From Patescibacteria group bacterium (GTDB lineage Bacteria; Patescibacteriota; Microgenomatia; UBA1406; HO2-37-13b), in contig DATDXN010000016.1 in the NCBI GenBank assembly GCA_035289305.1, forward strand, positions 18,315 to 82,314: a stretch of DNA of 64,000 nt. Reading direction: 5' to 3'. Position 1 is the first letter of the stretch, and each line of letters opens with the position of its first letter. The position numbers and the translations under genes were made by a program. Under the pieces are notes generated by a model, which was not told the origin of the DNA, made no database searches, and was given only the letters and a program-made list of their open reading frames with translations. This document shows, piece by piece, positions 8,713-19,390 of the stretch.

Positions 8713-9633
8713 ATGAAAAAAATCAAGACTTTTTTTCATGTATTGACCAATTCTGCGATTCCTCATAGAGAGTATTACAAAAAGATCCAAAGGACGCCTT
8801 TTCGGTTTTCTCTCACCTATTTTTTCTTTCTCGTTTTTATCACTCAATTTATCGTCATGACGATTGTTTTTACAAGAATATGGCTTTTTGAGGGCAGTTT
8901 TGGGAGCTTCAAAACAAACGTCACGCAAATGTTTGATAGCTTCCCTCAAGATCTCGTGGTCACGATCAAAAATAGACGACTGTTTACCAACTATAATTAT
9001 CCTTTTATTGCGTGGTTTAACTACCACAATATTCCATTTCCCATAGTTGCTGTAGATGAATATGCCAACGCAGGAAAAATCCAGGAGTATGATTCATTTG
9101 TGCTTCTTCATGCTGAAGGAATCACCACGCAAACTCAAAAAGACCTTAATACCTATCCGTTTGAAAAAAATACAACGTATGTCATCAATAAAGAGAAAGT
9201 TAATACGCTCAAAAACTTCTTTCTCTACTGGTTTTCTCTCGTTTTTCCCTTAGCTGTTTTGCTCTTTTTCATTCTCACGATTTCAATCGTACCCTTTGCT
9301 TATTTTATTGGCACATTGATCTATCTCGTTGTGTTGGCCTTAGTTGTCTCTATCGCGGCAAAATTGAGCTATCAACATATTCATTACAAAAAAGTTCTGC
9401 AGATTAGTTTTCACGCAATCACGCTCCCGTTTATTCTCAATAATATCACATTTCTCATCATGCCCCATCGCCCCATTTTCAAATTATGGCCGGGAACTCA
9501 ACTTGCAGTGCAACTTAGATTTTCGTGGCTTTTTTTGGTGATCTATTTCTTGTTTTTGGTGGTCGCGGTATACGAAGTGTATGGTACTTCCTCCTCTCAT
9601 ACAAAATCTCATCATGTTTCCCATCATCAATGA
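8713..9633 (+). CDS. Hypothetical polytopic membrane protein
   Basis: Several hydrophobic segments and a C-terminal His-rich tail SHHVSHHQ. The start is taken at MKKIKTFF; no family assigned. Confidence 0.5.
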   Translation: MKKIKTFFHVLTNSAIPHREYYKKIQRTPFRFSLTYFFFLVFITQFIVMTIVFTRIWLFEGSFGSFKTNVTQMFDSFPQDLVVTIKNRRLFTNYNYPFIAWFNYHNIPFPIVAVDEYANAGKIQEYDSFVLLHAEGITTQTQKDLNTYPFEKNTTYVINKEKVNTLKNFFLYWFSLVFPLAVLLFFILTISIVPFAYFIGTLIYLVVLALVVSIAAKLSYQHIHYKKVLQISFHAITLPFILNNITFLIMPHRPIFKLWPGTQLAVQLRFSWLFLVIYFLFLVVAVYEVYGTSSSHTKSHHVSHHQ

Positions 9634-10910
9634 CGAGACGTCAAAATAGCCTCCAATTCTTTCACAAATGAAATATTTTTGTATGAAAATATGTGCGAGA
9701 AACCAAAACGCTCTGCATCGCGCATGATTTTTGCCTGACGTATGACTTTGCGTACCTCTCCCAAAAGCCCCACCTCACCGACAAACACCGATTTTTCAGG
9801 AGCGGGAATATTTTTGAATGAGGAAATAACCGAGGCAATAACTCCCAAATCTGCGGCAGTTGATTTGATCGAAATGCCACCGACAACGTTGACATAGATA
9901 TCGTAGCGATCAAGCGGTAACCCCATGTTTTTGCGAACGACTGCCAGAAGCAACAGTAATTTATTGTAGTCTATGCCCGATGATACTCGACGAGGGATGG
10001 TCAGGAAACTTTCAACCACCAACGTCTGCACTTCAAAAAAAAGAGGGCGATTGCCTTCTGCCACTCCCACGAGTACTTTGCCCGGAGCTCTTTTTGTCTC
10101 CTCATCCAAAAACATGGTAGATCCTGAAGCCTCTACAAATCCTTTTTCCTTCATCTCAAAAATTCCGACCTCATCTGTTGAACCAAATCGGTTTTTATGT
10201 GCTCGCAAAATCCGAAATTGCGACTGACGGTCTCCTTCAAAATACAAAACAACATCTACAACATGCTCAAGTAGTTTGGGTCCGGCAATACCTCCTTCTT
10301 TTGTCACGTGACCGATCATAATGACTGAAATATTGTTTTTTTTGGCAAAGTCAATGACTTGTGCGGCAATTTCTTTAATCTGCGCAGGAGCACCGGGAGA
10401 AGCTTCAATTTTTTTGGAATACACCGTTTGGATAGAATCAATGACGATGATGTCATAGATATTTTTTTTCTCACCCGCAGCCTCCAAAATTCCCTCAATT
10501 TGCACGTCATCGGAAAAATAGATGTGGGCAAGATCAACCCCCGTACGCTCTGCACGCTCTTTCACCTGTTCGCCAGACTCCTCACCGGAGACATAAAGAG
10601 TTTTCATTCCCGAAAAAGATGTCAAAAGAAGGGTCGATTTTCCAATGCCCGGGTCACCGCTTAAAAGGACGACAGATCCTTGAGCAAATCCACCCCCCAA
10701 AACACGGTCAAACTCGAAGAAGCGAGTTTTTTTGCGCTCACGCGTACGGCTTGTAACCTTCGAAAGAGAGATAATTGTTGCTTTTTTCGTTTCTTCCCCC
10801 ACCCCTATTTCTTTTTGTTCACGCATCATATTCCACTCTCCACAGGAGGGACATTTACCATACCACGAAGCTGAACCATATCCACACGAAGCGCAAATAA
10901 ACAATGACAT
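9627..10910 (-). CDS. radA: DNA repair protein RadA/Sms
   Basis: N-terminal C4 zinc finger (CASCGY...CPSCGEW), RecA-like Walker A GDPGIGKST, and a Lon-like C-terminal domain. Confidence 0.9.
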   Translation of the reverse strand: MSLFICASCGYGSASWYGKCPSCGEWNMMREQKEIGVGEETKKATIISLSKVTSRTRERKKTRFFEFDRVLGGGFAQGSVVLLSGDPGIGKSTLLLTSFSGMKTLYVSGEESGEQVKERAERTGVDLAHIYFSDDVQIEGILEAAGEKKNIYDIIVIDSIQTVYSKKIEASPGAPAQIKEIAAQVIDFAKKNNISVIMIGHVTKEGGIAGPKLLEHVVDVVLYFEGDRQSQFRILRAHKNRFGSTDEVGIFEMKEKGFVEASGSTMFLDEETKRAPGKVLVGVAEGNRPLFFEVQTLVVESFLTIPRRVSSGIDYNKLLLLLAVVRKNMGLPLDRYDIYVNVVGGISIKSTAADLGVIASVISSFKNIPAPEKSVFVGEVGLLGEVRKVIRQAKIMRDAERFGFSHIFSYKNISFVKELEAILTSRH

Positions 10911-10948
10911 TGCATCTATTCTAACAAAAAAAAGATTCTCTATTGACC

Positions 10949-10977
10949 TTGAAATATTGTAGAGGATGCGTTACAAT
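10949..10977 (+). promoter_or_regulatory. Sigma-70-like promoter for the 11003 gene
   Basis: TTGAAA (10949-10954), a 17-nt spacer, then TACAAT (10972-10977). It lies 26 nt upstream of the ATG. Confidence 0.4.
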
Positions 10978-11002
10978 ACACCTCCAAATTAGTTATAAAC
11001 AT

Positions 11003-12865
11003 ATGAATCGGAAAGAATTACCACCACCCACTACCCAACCGCATATCAAAATAATAAAAGAAGTGCCTGCTCTTTCTCCTATCGAGAAACGTCTCGTCCA
11101 CAGTGCGGTGAATGAAAATATAGACCAAGGAGTAGATCCAAAAGAAACCCATCAGAGAGGACAATACACCGAAGAAAGAATTCTTTTCCTGAAACTTAAT
11201 CTTCCTCCTTCATATAATTTTCAAGAAGTTCTTGAAACAATATATCCCAAATCTCTCGAGGATTCTGGTAATACTACAGCAAAAGAAAAACCCACAATAC
11301 CATGGCTTGCAGCAAAACCTTTCTCCACCGAAGATGAACAAGAAATAAAAAAATTATTGCCTCGCCTAGTGCTTGATGATCCAGTATATGAAGAAACATT
11401 GGACCTACCCGATTTTCCTCTATATGCCGTAAGCACTCTCCTCACTTCTGAAACGTATGAAAAAGCTCATGAAAAAATGGTGAAGACTATAAGAAAATAT
11501 ATACACGAAGCAATCGGGAATAGAGGGGAAATCGTCCTTACGGAAATACTTGAGGGAAATTCTCGTTTTGTAAAAGGAGCCCTCATCCAACAAGACATAC
11601 GCCATGCACTTTTTGGACAACCAACAGAGGATGGAGGATTTTATTATCGTCATCCGACGGTATTTCTCAGATGGGTTAACCAGTGTCATGATCGAAAAGC
11701 TCTGAAAGAAGTAATGGGTGTAATGGGTATAGAATCAAAAGAAAACGAAAAAATTCGTGGTCTTTTATTGCATACGTTTGCAATGCCTGCGCAAGAAGGA
11801 ATACATACACATATTCGAAATAGTCAAGATGACTCACGCATACGCCCCTCCTCACAAACAATAATGATGGCAATCGGAGAAAGCAATCTACCTGATATAT
11901 CATCTATGGAAAAAACCATACAAGAAACACTTCAAAAAAAATACTTACCTTCTCAATCATGTTGTTCTATCGAAGTAGCGCCACTTCCTGAAGCGAGTGG
12001 AAATTTCTATTATAAAATTCCAACGAGGAGTATAGAAGATACTTTCTCGATGTTGCAACAATCTGTTTCACTCATGGACTCCCTTAAAGAAAAGGGGTTG
12101 CTGCATCCGCTTACCGGAATGCCCCTTCGCACTGGCACAATGCTTGAATTTGAAAATCTAAACGATACAGAACGGAAAGTTTTGTTGCATTCATTCGCAG
12201 CACTCACTTGTGCATTATGGCTCTCTATCAGTCCTGTTGATCGACTAGAACATTTTCTTCAAGCCCAACGAAATTCCTTAATCGGCCATGATGATCATGG
12301 CAACGGAAGGTATGTCATATATAACAAGCTTCCCTTCGTAACTGATATGCTTTCTTTTGATGTGGCTCGTTTAGAGACGTTATTTACAGCGCATGTTGCG
12401 GAAACTTATAAACAAAATGGAATTGAGGACGCACGACAAACGATGAAGGAAATAATAGATGCTATCGGTGAAAACCTCATATCGCTCAATCGCTCTCCTG
12501 TAAATATAGAGTCTTTGCAAGATGTATATTCACTTTTGGGAGTAAAGTATGATGATAAATGTCATGAAACTATGGTGGGTCTTGTATCTGATCATCGACG
12601 AAAAATTGGAAACAACAGCGATCGTATACAACGTTTCTCTCGCGCATTGAAACGGGCGAAAAAAGAAAGTGCAGAAGAAAAAATACGAAAAATAGAAACT
12701 CTCCTTCATGATCTTGAAAACAGCAAGGTATACATTGACGATTATTTTCTTTTGGGGAAAGAGGGACGAAACAGGCTCGCCGGTAAGATCATAGAGATTT
12801 TGAAAGATGCGATAACTGCAACGGTAGGTAAAAAAAGAGGTGGCGTAGATTTTTCCTCTCTCTGA
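11003..12865 (+). CDS. Hypothetical protein (about 620 aa, no recognisable domains)
   Basis: Long intact ORF with a hydrophilic, charged sequence. The start is taken at MNRKELPPP; the upstream TTG in the ORF track is unlikely. Confidence 0.55.
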   Translation: MNRKELPPPTTQPHIKIIKEVPALSPIEKRLVHSAVNENIDQGVDPKETHQRGQYTEERILFLKLNLPPSYNFQEVLETIYPKSLEDSGNTTAKEKPTIPWLAAKPFSTEDEQEIKKLLPRLVLDDPVYEETLDLPDFPLYAVSTLLTSETYEKAHEKMVKTIRKYIHEAIGNRGEIVLTEILEGNSRFVKGALIQQDIRHALFGQPTEDGGFYYRHPTVFLRWVNQCHDRKALKEVMGVMGIESKENEKIRGLLLHTFAMPAQEGIHTHIRNSQDDSRIRPSSQTIMMAIGESNLPDISSMEKTIQETLQKKYLPSQSCCSIEVAPLPEASGNFYYKIPTRSIEDTFSMLQQSVSLMDSLKEKGLLHPLTGMPLRTGTMLEFENLNDTERKVLLHSFAALTCALWLSISPVDRLEHFLQAQRNSLIGHDDHGNGRYVIYNKLPFVTDMLSFDVARLETLFTAHVAETYKQNGIEDARQTMKEIIDAIGENLISLNRSPVNIESLQDVYSLLGVKYDDKCHETMVGLVSDHRRKIGNNSDRIQRFSRALKRAKKESAEEKIRKIETLLHDLENSKVYIDDYFLLGKEGRNRLAGKIIEILKDAITATVGKKRGGVDFSSL

Positions 12866-12940
12866 AATCCAAACGCTCCCACTTCAATTTATTAAATAAT
12901 TAAAGTCCTTATTCTCTGACAAAAATAGTAAGATAGAAGT

Positions 12941-13957
12941 ATGCATATACAACTTATTCCAGACAACTTCGATAAAGATATTTATAACCAAATAGCCACT
13001 CATCCCCTCCAGTCGTGGCAGTGGGGGGAGGCGCGGAAAAAGATGGGGATTGCAATAATGCGAGTCGGCGAATACCATAAAGAAACACTCGTTAATGTCT
13101 ACCAAGTCACTTTTCACCAGATTCCCCACACGCCTTTTACCATCGGATATTTGCCGCGATCTGCTACACCTTCAGAAGAAGTCGTGCATTTTCTTGAACA
13201 TGAAGGAAAGAAAAGAAACTGTATTTTCATCAAAGTTGAACCTTACGTAAGAAAATCAAAAATAAATGGAAATCCCTTAGGTGCAAATATAAATCCACCC
13301 CTGGGGTGTATTTTATCTTCTCACCCATTATTTCCAAATTGGACGCTCTTGCTTGATCTCACTAAATCTGAAGATGAGCTTTTGAAAAATATGCATCCAA
13401 AAACGAGATACAATATCAAACTTGCGCAGAAAAAGGGTGTAATTGTGAAAGAAATGACAAATACGCAAGGATTTGAAATATTTGCGAAGCTCTATTTTGA
13501 AACATGCAAAAGACAAAAGTATTTTGGTCACAATACGACCTATCACAAGACCATTTTTGAAACTTTGAAAAATACAATCTCACATATCTTGGTTGCTTTT
13601 TATGAAAAAACACCACTTGCCGCGTATGAGATTTTCATCTTTAACGGCGTCTTGTATTATCCCTACGGAGGATCTTCTGTTCAATTACGCAATCTTATGA
13701 TGCCACATCTTCTCATGTGGGAGGCAATACGCTTCGGGAAACAACAGGAGGCAAAAAAGTTTGATATGTGGGGATCACTCCCACCTTCATATGATGTGAA
13801 GAATCCCTGGGCAGGGTTTACTCGATTTAAAGAAGGGTTCGGTGGTATACACACGGAACTTATCGGTAGCTTCGATCTTGTAATTAACAAGTTACTCTAT
13901 CCTATATATAATTTTGTCTATAAAACACGAAGAAAATTTTTGACTTTAAATTTTTGA
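12941..13957 (+). CDS. FemAB-family peptidoglycan interpeptide-bridge peptidyltransferase (aminoacyl-tRNA dependent)
   Basis: The 338-aa ORF has FemAB/FemX-like features (KTRYNIKLAQKKGV, MWGS, GFTRFKEGFGG) in GNAT-like tandem halves. Confidence 0.65.
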   Translation: MHIQLIPDNFDKDIYNQIATHPLQSWQWGEARKKMGIAIMRVGEYHKETLVNVYQVTFHQIPHTPFTIGYLPRSATPSEEVVHFLEHEGKKRNCIFIKVEPYVRKSKINGNPLGANINPPLGCILSSHPLFPNWTLLLDLTKSEDELLKNMHPKTRYNIKLAQKKGVIVKEMTNTQGFEIFAKLYFETCKRQKYFGHNTTYHKTIFETLKNTISHILVAFYEKTPLAAYEIFIFNGVLYYPYGGSSVQLRNLMMPHLLMWEAIRFGKQQEAKKFDMWGSLPPSYDVKNPWAGFTRFKEGFGGIHTELIGSFDLVINKLLYPIYNFVYKTRRKFLTLNF

Positions 13958-13970
13958 CTTTAAATTTTCA

Positions 13971-16949
13971 TTATTGCCATGCTTCACAATTAATTCGAAA
14001 CGGACAAAAATCACACCATGGCCCGACGTTTGCCGCAAATAACCCTTTCTGTATCTGCGAAATCGTATTTTTTACCACTGCCTTTGCTTCTTCAATGTCC
14101 TCCGGCTTTTTTTTCGTTGAGAATACATCTGCATCTTGTAGGAAGTGAAAAGTCAGCGTAATATCATCAACGGGTTTTGCGTAAAAACTTTTATCAGACA
14201 CAGCCAATGCGTAGAGACTCATCTGTAGATTTTTTTTCAAGGCAGGTAGCGTTGGTTTTTTTCCAGTTTTATAATCAATGATTTCCAGCCCTCCATCTTT
14301 TCGCGCATCAACCCTGTCTATTTTCCCACTGATAAATGTAGTTTCATCTATCTTCACGGTAAATCGTTTTTCAAGATCAAGAATTGAGAGATTATCCGTA
14401 TGATAGCGCATAAAAAAACTCTGCAACATCTTCTTTCCCTCTTTTTTCATTTTTTCCTCATGGGTCCTGGAAACATATCCCAATGGCAACCAACACATTT
14501 CATAAAACGTAAAAAGATCATCAAGCGTTACTCTGCCGACTTTTTTGAGAAACAGATAAAACTTCTGCAAAGCTCTATGAATACTGTCTCCAAAAGAGGC
14601 AGCTGCTGATGGCAAAGTAGGGATTTTTAAGACATACTGATATTTATAACGTAAGGGACATGTCTTATACGACTCAATCTGTGAATAGGAAAGCCGCGAC
14701 GGAACGGGACGAGAAAAAACAGGCTCTTTGTCTTTTTTTTCTTCATGTTTCTTAAAATCAACCCCGATTGAATCGGGATCAGCTCCAATGAGATCGGGAT
14801 CAAAAATCGAGAGCTGTGATTTTTCTTCCTTTTGCCTGTGGGTAAGTCTTTGGACAAAATCTTCACCCATTGCCTCAACGACAAATGGTGAAACTTTGCG
14901 CATCCGCCTGCCCTCGCCGTAGTTAAGACTTGACGTAAAATATACTTTGTCCCGGGCGCGCGTCACCCCCACATAAAAAAGCCTGCGCTCTTCCTCAAGA
15001 TGATAATCACCCTCTGGCAGTATTTCTTTGATAAGCTCATCGGGAATGGGGATCGGCTCTCGCCGCTCTCGTGTGGGAAACCGATCAAGCGTCAGATTGA
15101 CCAAAAAGACGACTTTAAATTCCATACCCTTTGCAGAATGTACAGTAAGAATGTTGACCGCATCGCGCTCGCTTATATCAAGTTCAGGCACGAGGGGGGA
15201 CTCTTTAAACTCCATACACATGTGGATGAAATCAACCGCCGCCTCTACCGATGCGTCTTCCTGCCTGACCTCACGTGTTTTTAAAAACTCGAAAAATCGA
15301 GAGATATTGACCACTTTTCGCTCGTCCTTCGCTGTCTTTGCTGATGCAAGATAGGATAAATATCCTGATTCTTCGAGGAAAAAGTAGAGAATCTGACCTA
15401 CTGTTTCTTTTGAAAAAAGGGAAAGCGCTCGCTCAACAATGCCATAGATTTTCTTGATTGTCTCTTTGGTCTCCTGCCGTGTGATAAAAAGCTCCCTCCG
15501 GTAGATCTCAAATTCGCTGCGTGCGTATTCTGTGTAGAAAAATGAAAGATACACGTGCATAGCCTCAAAAAGTGAGAGACTTGTCCGTTTGGCAAATGAG
15601 ATAAAACGCGCTACGTCTTTCTCATCAAGGTGGAAAATATCCATGGAGATCACACGGTAAAAACTCGCTGAATCAGAAACATCTGTCAAAAAAGTAAGAT
15701 ATGCAATAAGATCCTTGATTTCTGGTTGCTTGAAAAGCATACCCTGCCCCAAAAATTGAAAAGGAATTCCATGTCGCTCAAATGTATGAGCAAAAGGATC
15801 TGCGTGGCTATTGGCACGCATCAAAAGAGCGATATCGCGATACTTGTATCCTTTTGTGATCAATTCCTGGATTTTCTCTGCGACGTATTCGCATTCTTTG
15901 GTGATATGAGGGGCGACAAAAAGTGAAACGCTTTCACCGTTTCCCTTACCTGTCATGCTTTTGAGGTTTTTTGAAATATTGAGTCTGCTTTCCAATGTGT
16001 CGGGATTATTGTGCGTGATGACGCGGTAGGCAATATCAAGAATGTGTTGATTTGATCGGTAATTCTCAAGGAGTACCATCTGTTTTGCTTGGCCGTAATC
16101 TTTCATGAACTGAAGAATATTTGAAACGGAGGCACCTCGAAACTTATAGATGCTTTGATTATCATCTCCGATGACTGAAAGCTTCGGCTGTTCTTGAGGC
16201 GGGGCGAGGAGCTTAATCAGCTCATATTGAGCAATATTAGTGTCTTGAAACTCATCAACAAGAATATATTTAAACCGCGCCTTGTACTTCTCTTTGATAT
16301 TTTGGCGGGCGCGAAAAAGCTTCACGGTATAAAAAATAAGATCTGCAAAATCCATGATAGTATCTTTCAATTTAATATCTTGAAATACCGTATACGCATG
16401 TGCTAATTCAGTGTTTTTCTTCACATCGGGACTTTCGACTTTATGGACTTTTTCCTGTGCACGTGCCCATTTCATATAGTTTTCCGGCGCAATGTCTTCG
16501 TCTCGAAGGCGCGAAAAATGTTGGATCAATCCTTCGATAAATTTATAGGGGTTTCCTAGAGGACGGAAATAGTCGAGATTGAACAAAAACAGTTTTTTTT
16601 GAAGATAGATGATTGATTGAGCCTGCGTATAAAGCTTATATTCGGGGGAAAGACCCATATGCATCCCGTCTTCTTTCAAAACACCGTCGCAAAAAGAGTG
16701 AAATGTGGCGATATGTGTCTGAAAATATCCATAAGGAAGTATTTTATCCACTCGCTCCTCAATTTCGTTCACTGCCTTTTCCGTGAAGGTAAGCGCCAGA
16801 ATCTCATCGGGACGGGCGAGTTTGTGAGCAATGAGATATTTAATCTTTTCAACTAGTACGGTGGTTTTGCCAGTTCCTGCTCCGGCGATGATGAGAAGCG
16901 GTCCATCATTGTATACAACTGCCTGTTTCTGCGAATGAGTCAACTTCAC
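13971..16949 (-). CDS. UvrD/PcrA-like helicase fused to a RecB-family PD-(D/E)XK nuclease with a C-terminal Cys cluster (AddA/AddB-like)
   Basis: N-terminal IIAGAGTGKTTVL UvrD motif I. C-terminal GKIDRVD...IIDYKTG nuclease motifs and a CDFCPFRINC cluster. Confidence 0.85.
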   Translation of the reverse strand: MKLTHSQKQAVVYNDGPLLIIAGAGTGKTTVLVEKIKYLIAHKLARPDEILALTFTEKAVNEIEERVDKILPYGYFQTHIATFHSFCDGVLKEDGMHMGLSPEYKLYTQAQSIIYLQKKLFLFNLDYFRPLGNPYKFIEGLIQHFSRLRDEDIAPENYMKWARAQEKVHKVESPDVKKNTELAHAYTVFQDIKLKDTIMDFADLIFYTVKLFRARQNIKEKYKARFKYILVDEFQDTNIAQYELIKLLAPPQEQPKLSVIGDDNQSIYKFRGASVSNILQFMKDYGQAKQMVLLENYRSNQHILDIAYRVITHNNPDTLESRLNISKNLKSMTGKGNGESVSLFVAPHITKECEYVAEKIQELITKGYKYRDIALLMRANSHADPFAHTFERHGIPFQFLGQGMLFKQPEIKDLIAYLTFLTDVSDSASFYRVISMDIFHLDEKDVARFISFAKRTSLSLFEAMHVYLSFFYTEYARSEFEIYRRELFITRQETKETIKKIYGIVERALSLFSKETVGQILYFFLEESGYLSYLASAKTAKDERKVVNISRFFEFLKTREVRQEDASVEAAVDFIHMCMEFKESPLVPELDISERDAVNILTVHSAKGMEFKVVFLVNLTLDRFPTRERREPIPIPDELIKEILPEGDYHLEEERRLFYVGVTRARDKVYFTSSLNYGEGRRMRKVSPFVVEAMGEDFVQRLTHRQKEEKSQLSIFDPDLIGADPDSIGVDFKKHEEKKDKEPVFSRPVPSRLSYSQIESYKTCPLRYKYQYVLKIPTLPSAAASFGDSIHRALQKFYLFLKKVGRVTLDDLFTFYEMCWLPLGYVSRTHEEKMKKEGKKMLQSFFMRYHTDNLSILDLEKRFTVKIDETTFISGKIDRVDARKDGGLEIIDYKTGKKPTLPALKKNLQMSLYALAVSDKSFYAKPVDDITLTFHFLQDADVFSTKKKPEDIEEAKAVVKNTISQIQKGLFAANVGPWCDFCPFRINCEAWQ

Positions 16950-16963
16950 GTAATGATTATATA

Positions 16964-19336
16964 TTACGACTCACTTAAATATTTATTCAACATTTCTCGT
17001 ATCATATCTAATTGTTCTTTTCTTGCTTTGTTTGGTGATGTGTTCGTTCTTAATTTGTAGCAAAATTGTTTCATGTAAGTAGCAATCGTTCTTTCTCCTA
17101 ATCCAAACTCTTTTCCCACCTTTTCAAAACTATCACCGTCGAAAAATACCCTCTTTACTATTTGTCCGTCACGGGGACTTAATATCATTTCTATCAATTT
17201 CTCAAGTTCTCTTCTAATAGCATACCTATTATGCTTGCGAACAATATATGGCTCGTATAGAGTCAGATCTATCTGCGCATTCCTTCTGTTAATATATGCT
17301 TTTATAAGAGACCTTCCAATTTCTGTCTCCTGCGCTAATTCTTCTGTTAGCGATTCGATCTCATCGTGTGGAATTCCGCAAGGATGCAATTTTAAAACAA
17401 CATCAATCCTATCTCTTACTTTTTCGTATGGAAGTGTTTTATGCCTACTGCGTAAAACCATACCAATGCCCATTTGTTCTTCCTTCGCGATATAAGAAGC
17501 CGCTGCGGCACGTGCGTCATAAAAAACTTGTTGAGGACTATAATATTTCGTTTTCACTTTCATAGCTTTTTCTGTTAACTTTCTCTGAATTGCAGCAATA
17601 GCTTCATGGAGCATTTCTTCATTATCATGCGCATTTTTTGACTTATATCCTTCAACTCCGTTCATAATAGTTTTTAAGTTTAAAAGCAAAAAAACAGTAC
17701 GTCCAGCAGATGAAACATTTGTATCAATGCTTGCCATCGCTTGTAGAATTTGACGTTGAGTTTCAGTTCTCACAAAATATGGCAAAGCCTTTACCATTAA
17801 TTCGTAAAAATCGAAAGAAGAGATACCGGGATTTTTATCATATATTTCCGAAGCAACGTGATTGATTGCAGCTGCAATTTCTATGATTGATCCACCCTTT
17901 AAATGTTTTCTCAAAAGCGACCGTGCTTGCACTGAATCTATCACTGAATGAATCTTGCCTCCAAAAAACTGTATTCGTGCATCGCTTTTTACATTTTTTC
18001 CTCTTTGACTTTTTTCTTGCACACTGCCTATTTGTGTCCCGCGTAGAACATAATACGGATCGAAAATATCTGGAATAAGAATAGGCGCTTGTGTCGAACG
18101 GGTGAAATCATCAACCAATTGAATAGCAATGCTTTTATGTTTTTGCGTCTCTTCACATGGCCGCAAAATTCTTCCAAGCTCCTGCGTCGCTACGATGCCG
18201 GATTGTGTGGGAGCTAAAAATATTCCAACTTCTGTCTCCGGCGAATCCCACCCTAACTGCAACATATTAACACCGAGCACAACTTGCACCTCTCCATTTT
18301 TATGCGACTGCAAAATTTGTTCTCTCTGTTTATCAGAAAGTTTACCATGCACTGCTTGAGCAGATATCCCAAGTCTGCGAAGTTTGTCTGCCAATTGCTC
18401 AACATGATTAATTGATAAACCAAACACCACCGTTCTTTTTCCGCGAATTTTTTCGTGTATCGAAGTCATCTCATCTACTTGTTGAGGAATAAAAGATATG
18501 TTTGATGAAAGACTATGAAGACCTGCAAGTAGACCGATCGTCAAATAGTTTCGTTTCTCTGTATTAAGATATTTTTCCAATTGTCGTTGATCATACGCCC
18601 CTTCTGGAGATATAGTAATAGCGTCAACAGCCATATCAGTGGTGAAAAGATGCACATCCAATGATGTTAAGATGCCTTTTTCTATTGCCTCCTCAAGCGA
18701 CATTTCATGGATAAGGCGTGTAAATACGCCCAACCAATGTTCGTCGCCTTTTATAATATTTCGTTCTTTGTATCCCGCAAGTTGTTCGAAATAAGGCGTT
18801 GCGGTAAGTCCTATTTTGATTGCGTTTTGGGGGATATGTTTGAACAACGTATGCCTTTCCTCACCTAAAGCAGTATGTATTTCGTCACAAATAAGAAGTT
18901 CTATTTTGTTTGTGTCGATTTTTTGCTGTTCAATGAGTTTGAGAAAAGACGTATAGGTAGTATTTAATGTTTGTCGTCCTAGATTTTTTTCAGCAGTATA
19001 ATAATTACCCACTTCTACGTGAGAAGCAAAATTTTCCATTGCACGATGTGTTTGCAGAAGAATAGGACGAGTGGGTGAAAGAATAACGGTATTCAAGTTC
19101 ATTGCTCCGATGAGTTCTGCTGCGACAACGGTCTTTCCAAATCCCGTAGGCAAACTTAAATATCCCGCAATATCGCCTTTTTTCAAAGAATCAAGCACTG
19201 ATTGTGCGACTGGTTTTTGGTGCTCTCGCAGCCTACTTTCTTGAGACGCATCTAAGTATCTGGTAAGACCCTCAATTGCCTTTTCGCAAGGAGCAACTAC
19301 CCTCCCTTGCTCTGGAACAACATATCTCTCCAACAT
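16964..19336 (-). CDS. SF2 DEAH-type helicase with a C-terminal sigma-70 region-4-like HTH
   Basis: LPTGFGKT (motif I), LICDEIH (motif II), GLTATP, and QELGRILR (motif VI). The C-terminus LSPRDGQIVKRVFFDGDSFEKVGKEFGLGERTIATYMKQFCYKLR parallels the rpoD region 4.2 in this window, [49 protein letters not shown]. Confidence 0.7.
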   Translation of the reverse strand: MLERYVVPEQGRVVAPCEKAIEGLTRYLDASQESRLREHQKPVAQSVLDSLKKGDIAGYLSLPTGFGKTVVAAELIGAMNLNTVILSPTRPILLQTHRAMENFASHVEVGNYYTAEKNLGRQTLNTTYTSFLKLIEQQKIDTNKIELLICDEIHTALGEERHTLFKHIPQNAIKIGLTATPYFEQLAGYKERNIIKGDEHWLGVFTRLIHEMSLEEAIEKGILTSLDVHLFTTDMAVDAITISPEGAYDQRQLEKYLNTEKRNYLTIGLLAGLHSLSSNISFIPQQVDEMTSIHEKIRGKRTVVFGLSINHVEQLADKLRRLGISAQAVHGKLSDKQREQILQSHKNGEVQVVLGVNMLQLGWDSPETEVGIFLAPTQSGIVATQELGRILRPCEETQKHKSIAIQLVDDFTRSTQAPILIPDIFDPYYVLRGTQIGSVQEKSQRGKNVKSDARIQFFGGKIHSVIDSVQARSLLRKHLKGGSIIEIAAAINHVASEIYDKNPGISSFDFYELMVKALPYFVRTETQRQILQAMASIDTNVSSAGRTVFLLLNLKTIMNGVEGYKSKNAHDNEEMLHEAIAAIQRKLTEKAMKVKTKYYSPQQVFYDARAAAASYIAKEEQMGIGMVLRSRHKTLPYEKVRDRIDVVLKLHPCGIPHDEIESLTEELAQETEIGRSLIKAYINRRNAQIDLTLYEPYIVRKHNRYAIRRELEKLIEMILSPRDGQIVKRVFFDGDSFEKVGKEFGLGERTIATYMKQFCYKLRTNTSPNKARKEQLDMIREMLNKYLSES

Positions 19337-19390
19337 AATACCCTATTATACCATAAAATTGTCTTATAGTAAATAGAGAACTATCGGGTA

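Noticed and set aside
13936-13965. Tandem duplication TTTTGACTTTAAA x2 at the FemAB gene 3' end
   Set aside because: It is short and AT-rich within the coding sequence and stop region. It is likely slippage-type simple sequence with no evident function.
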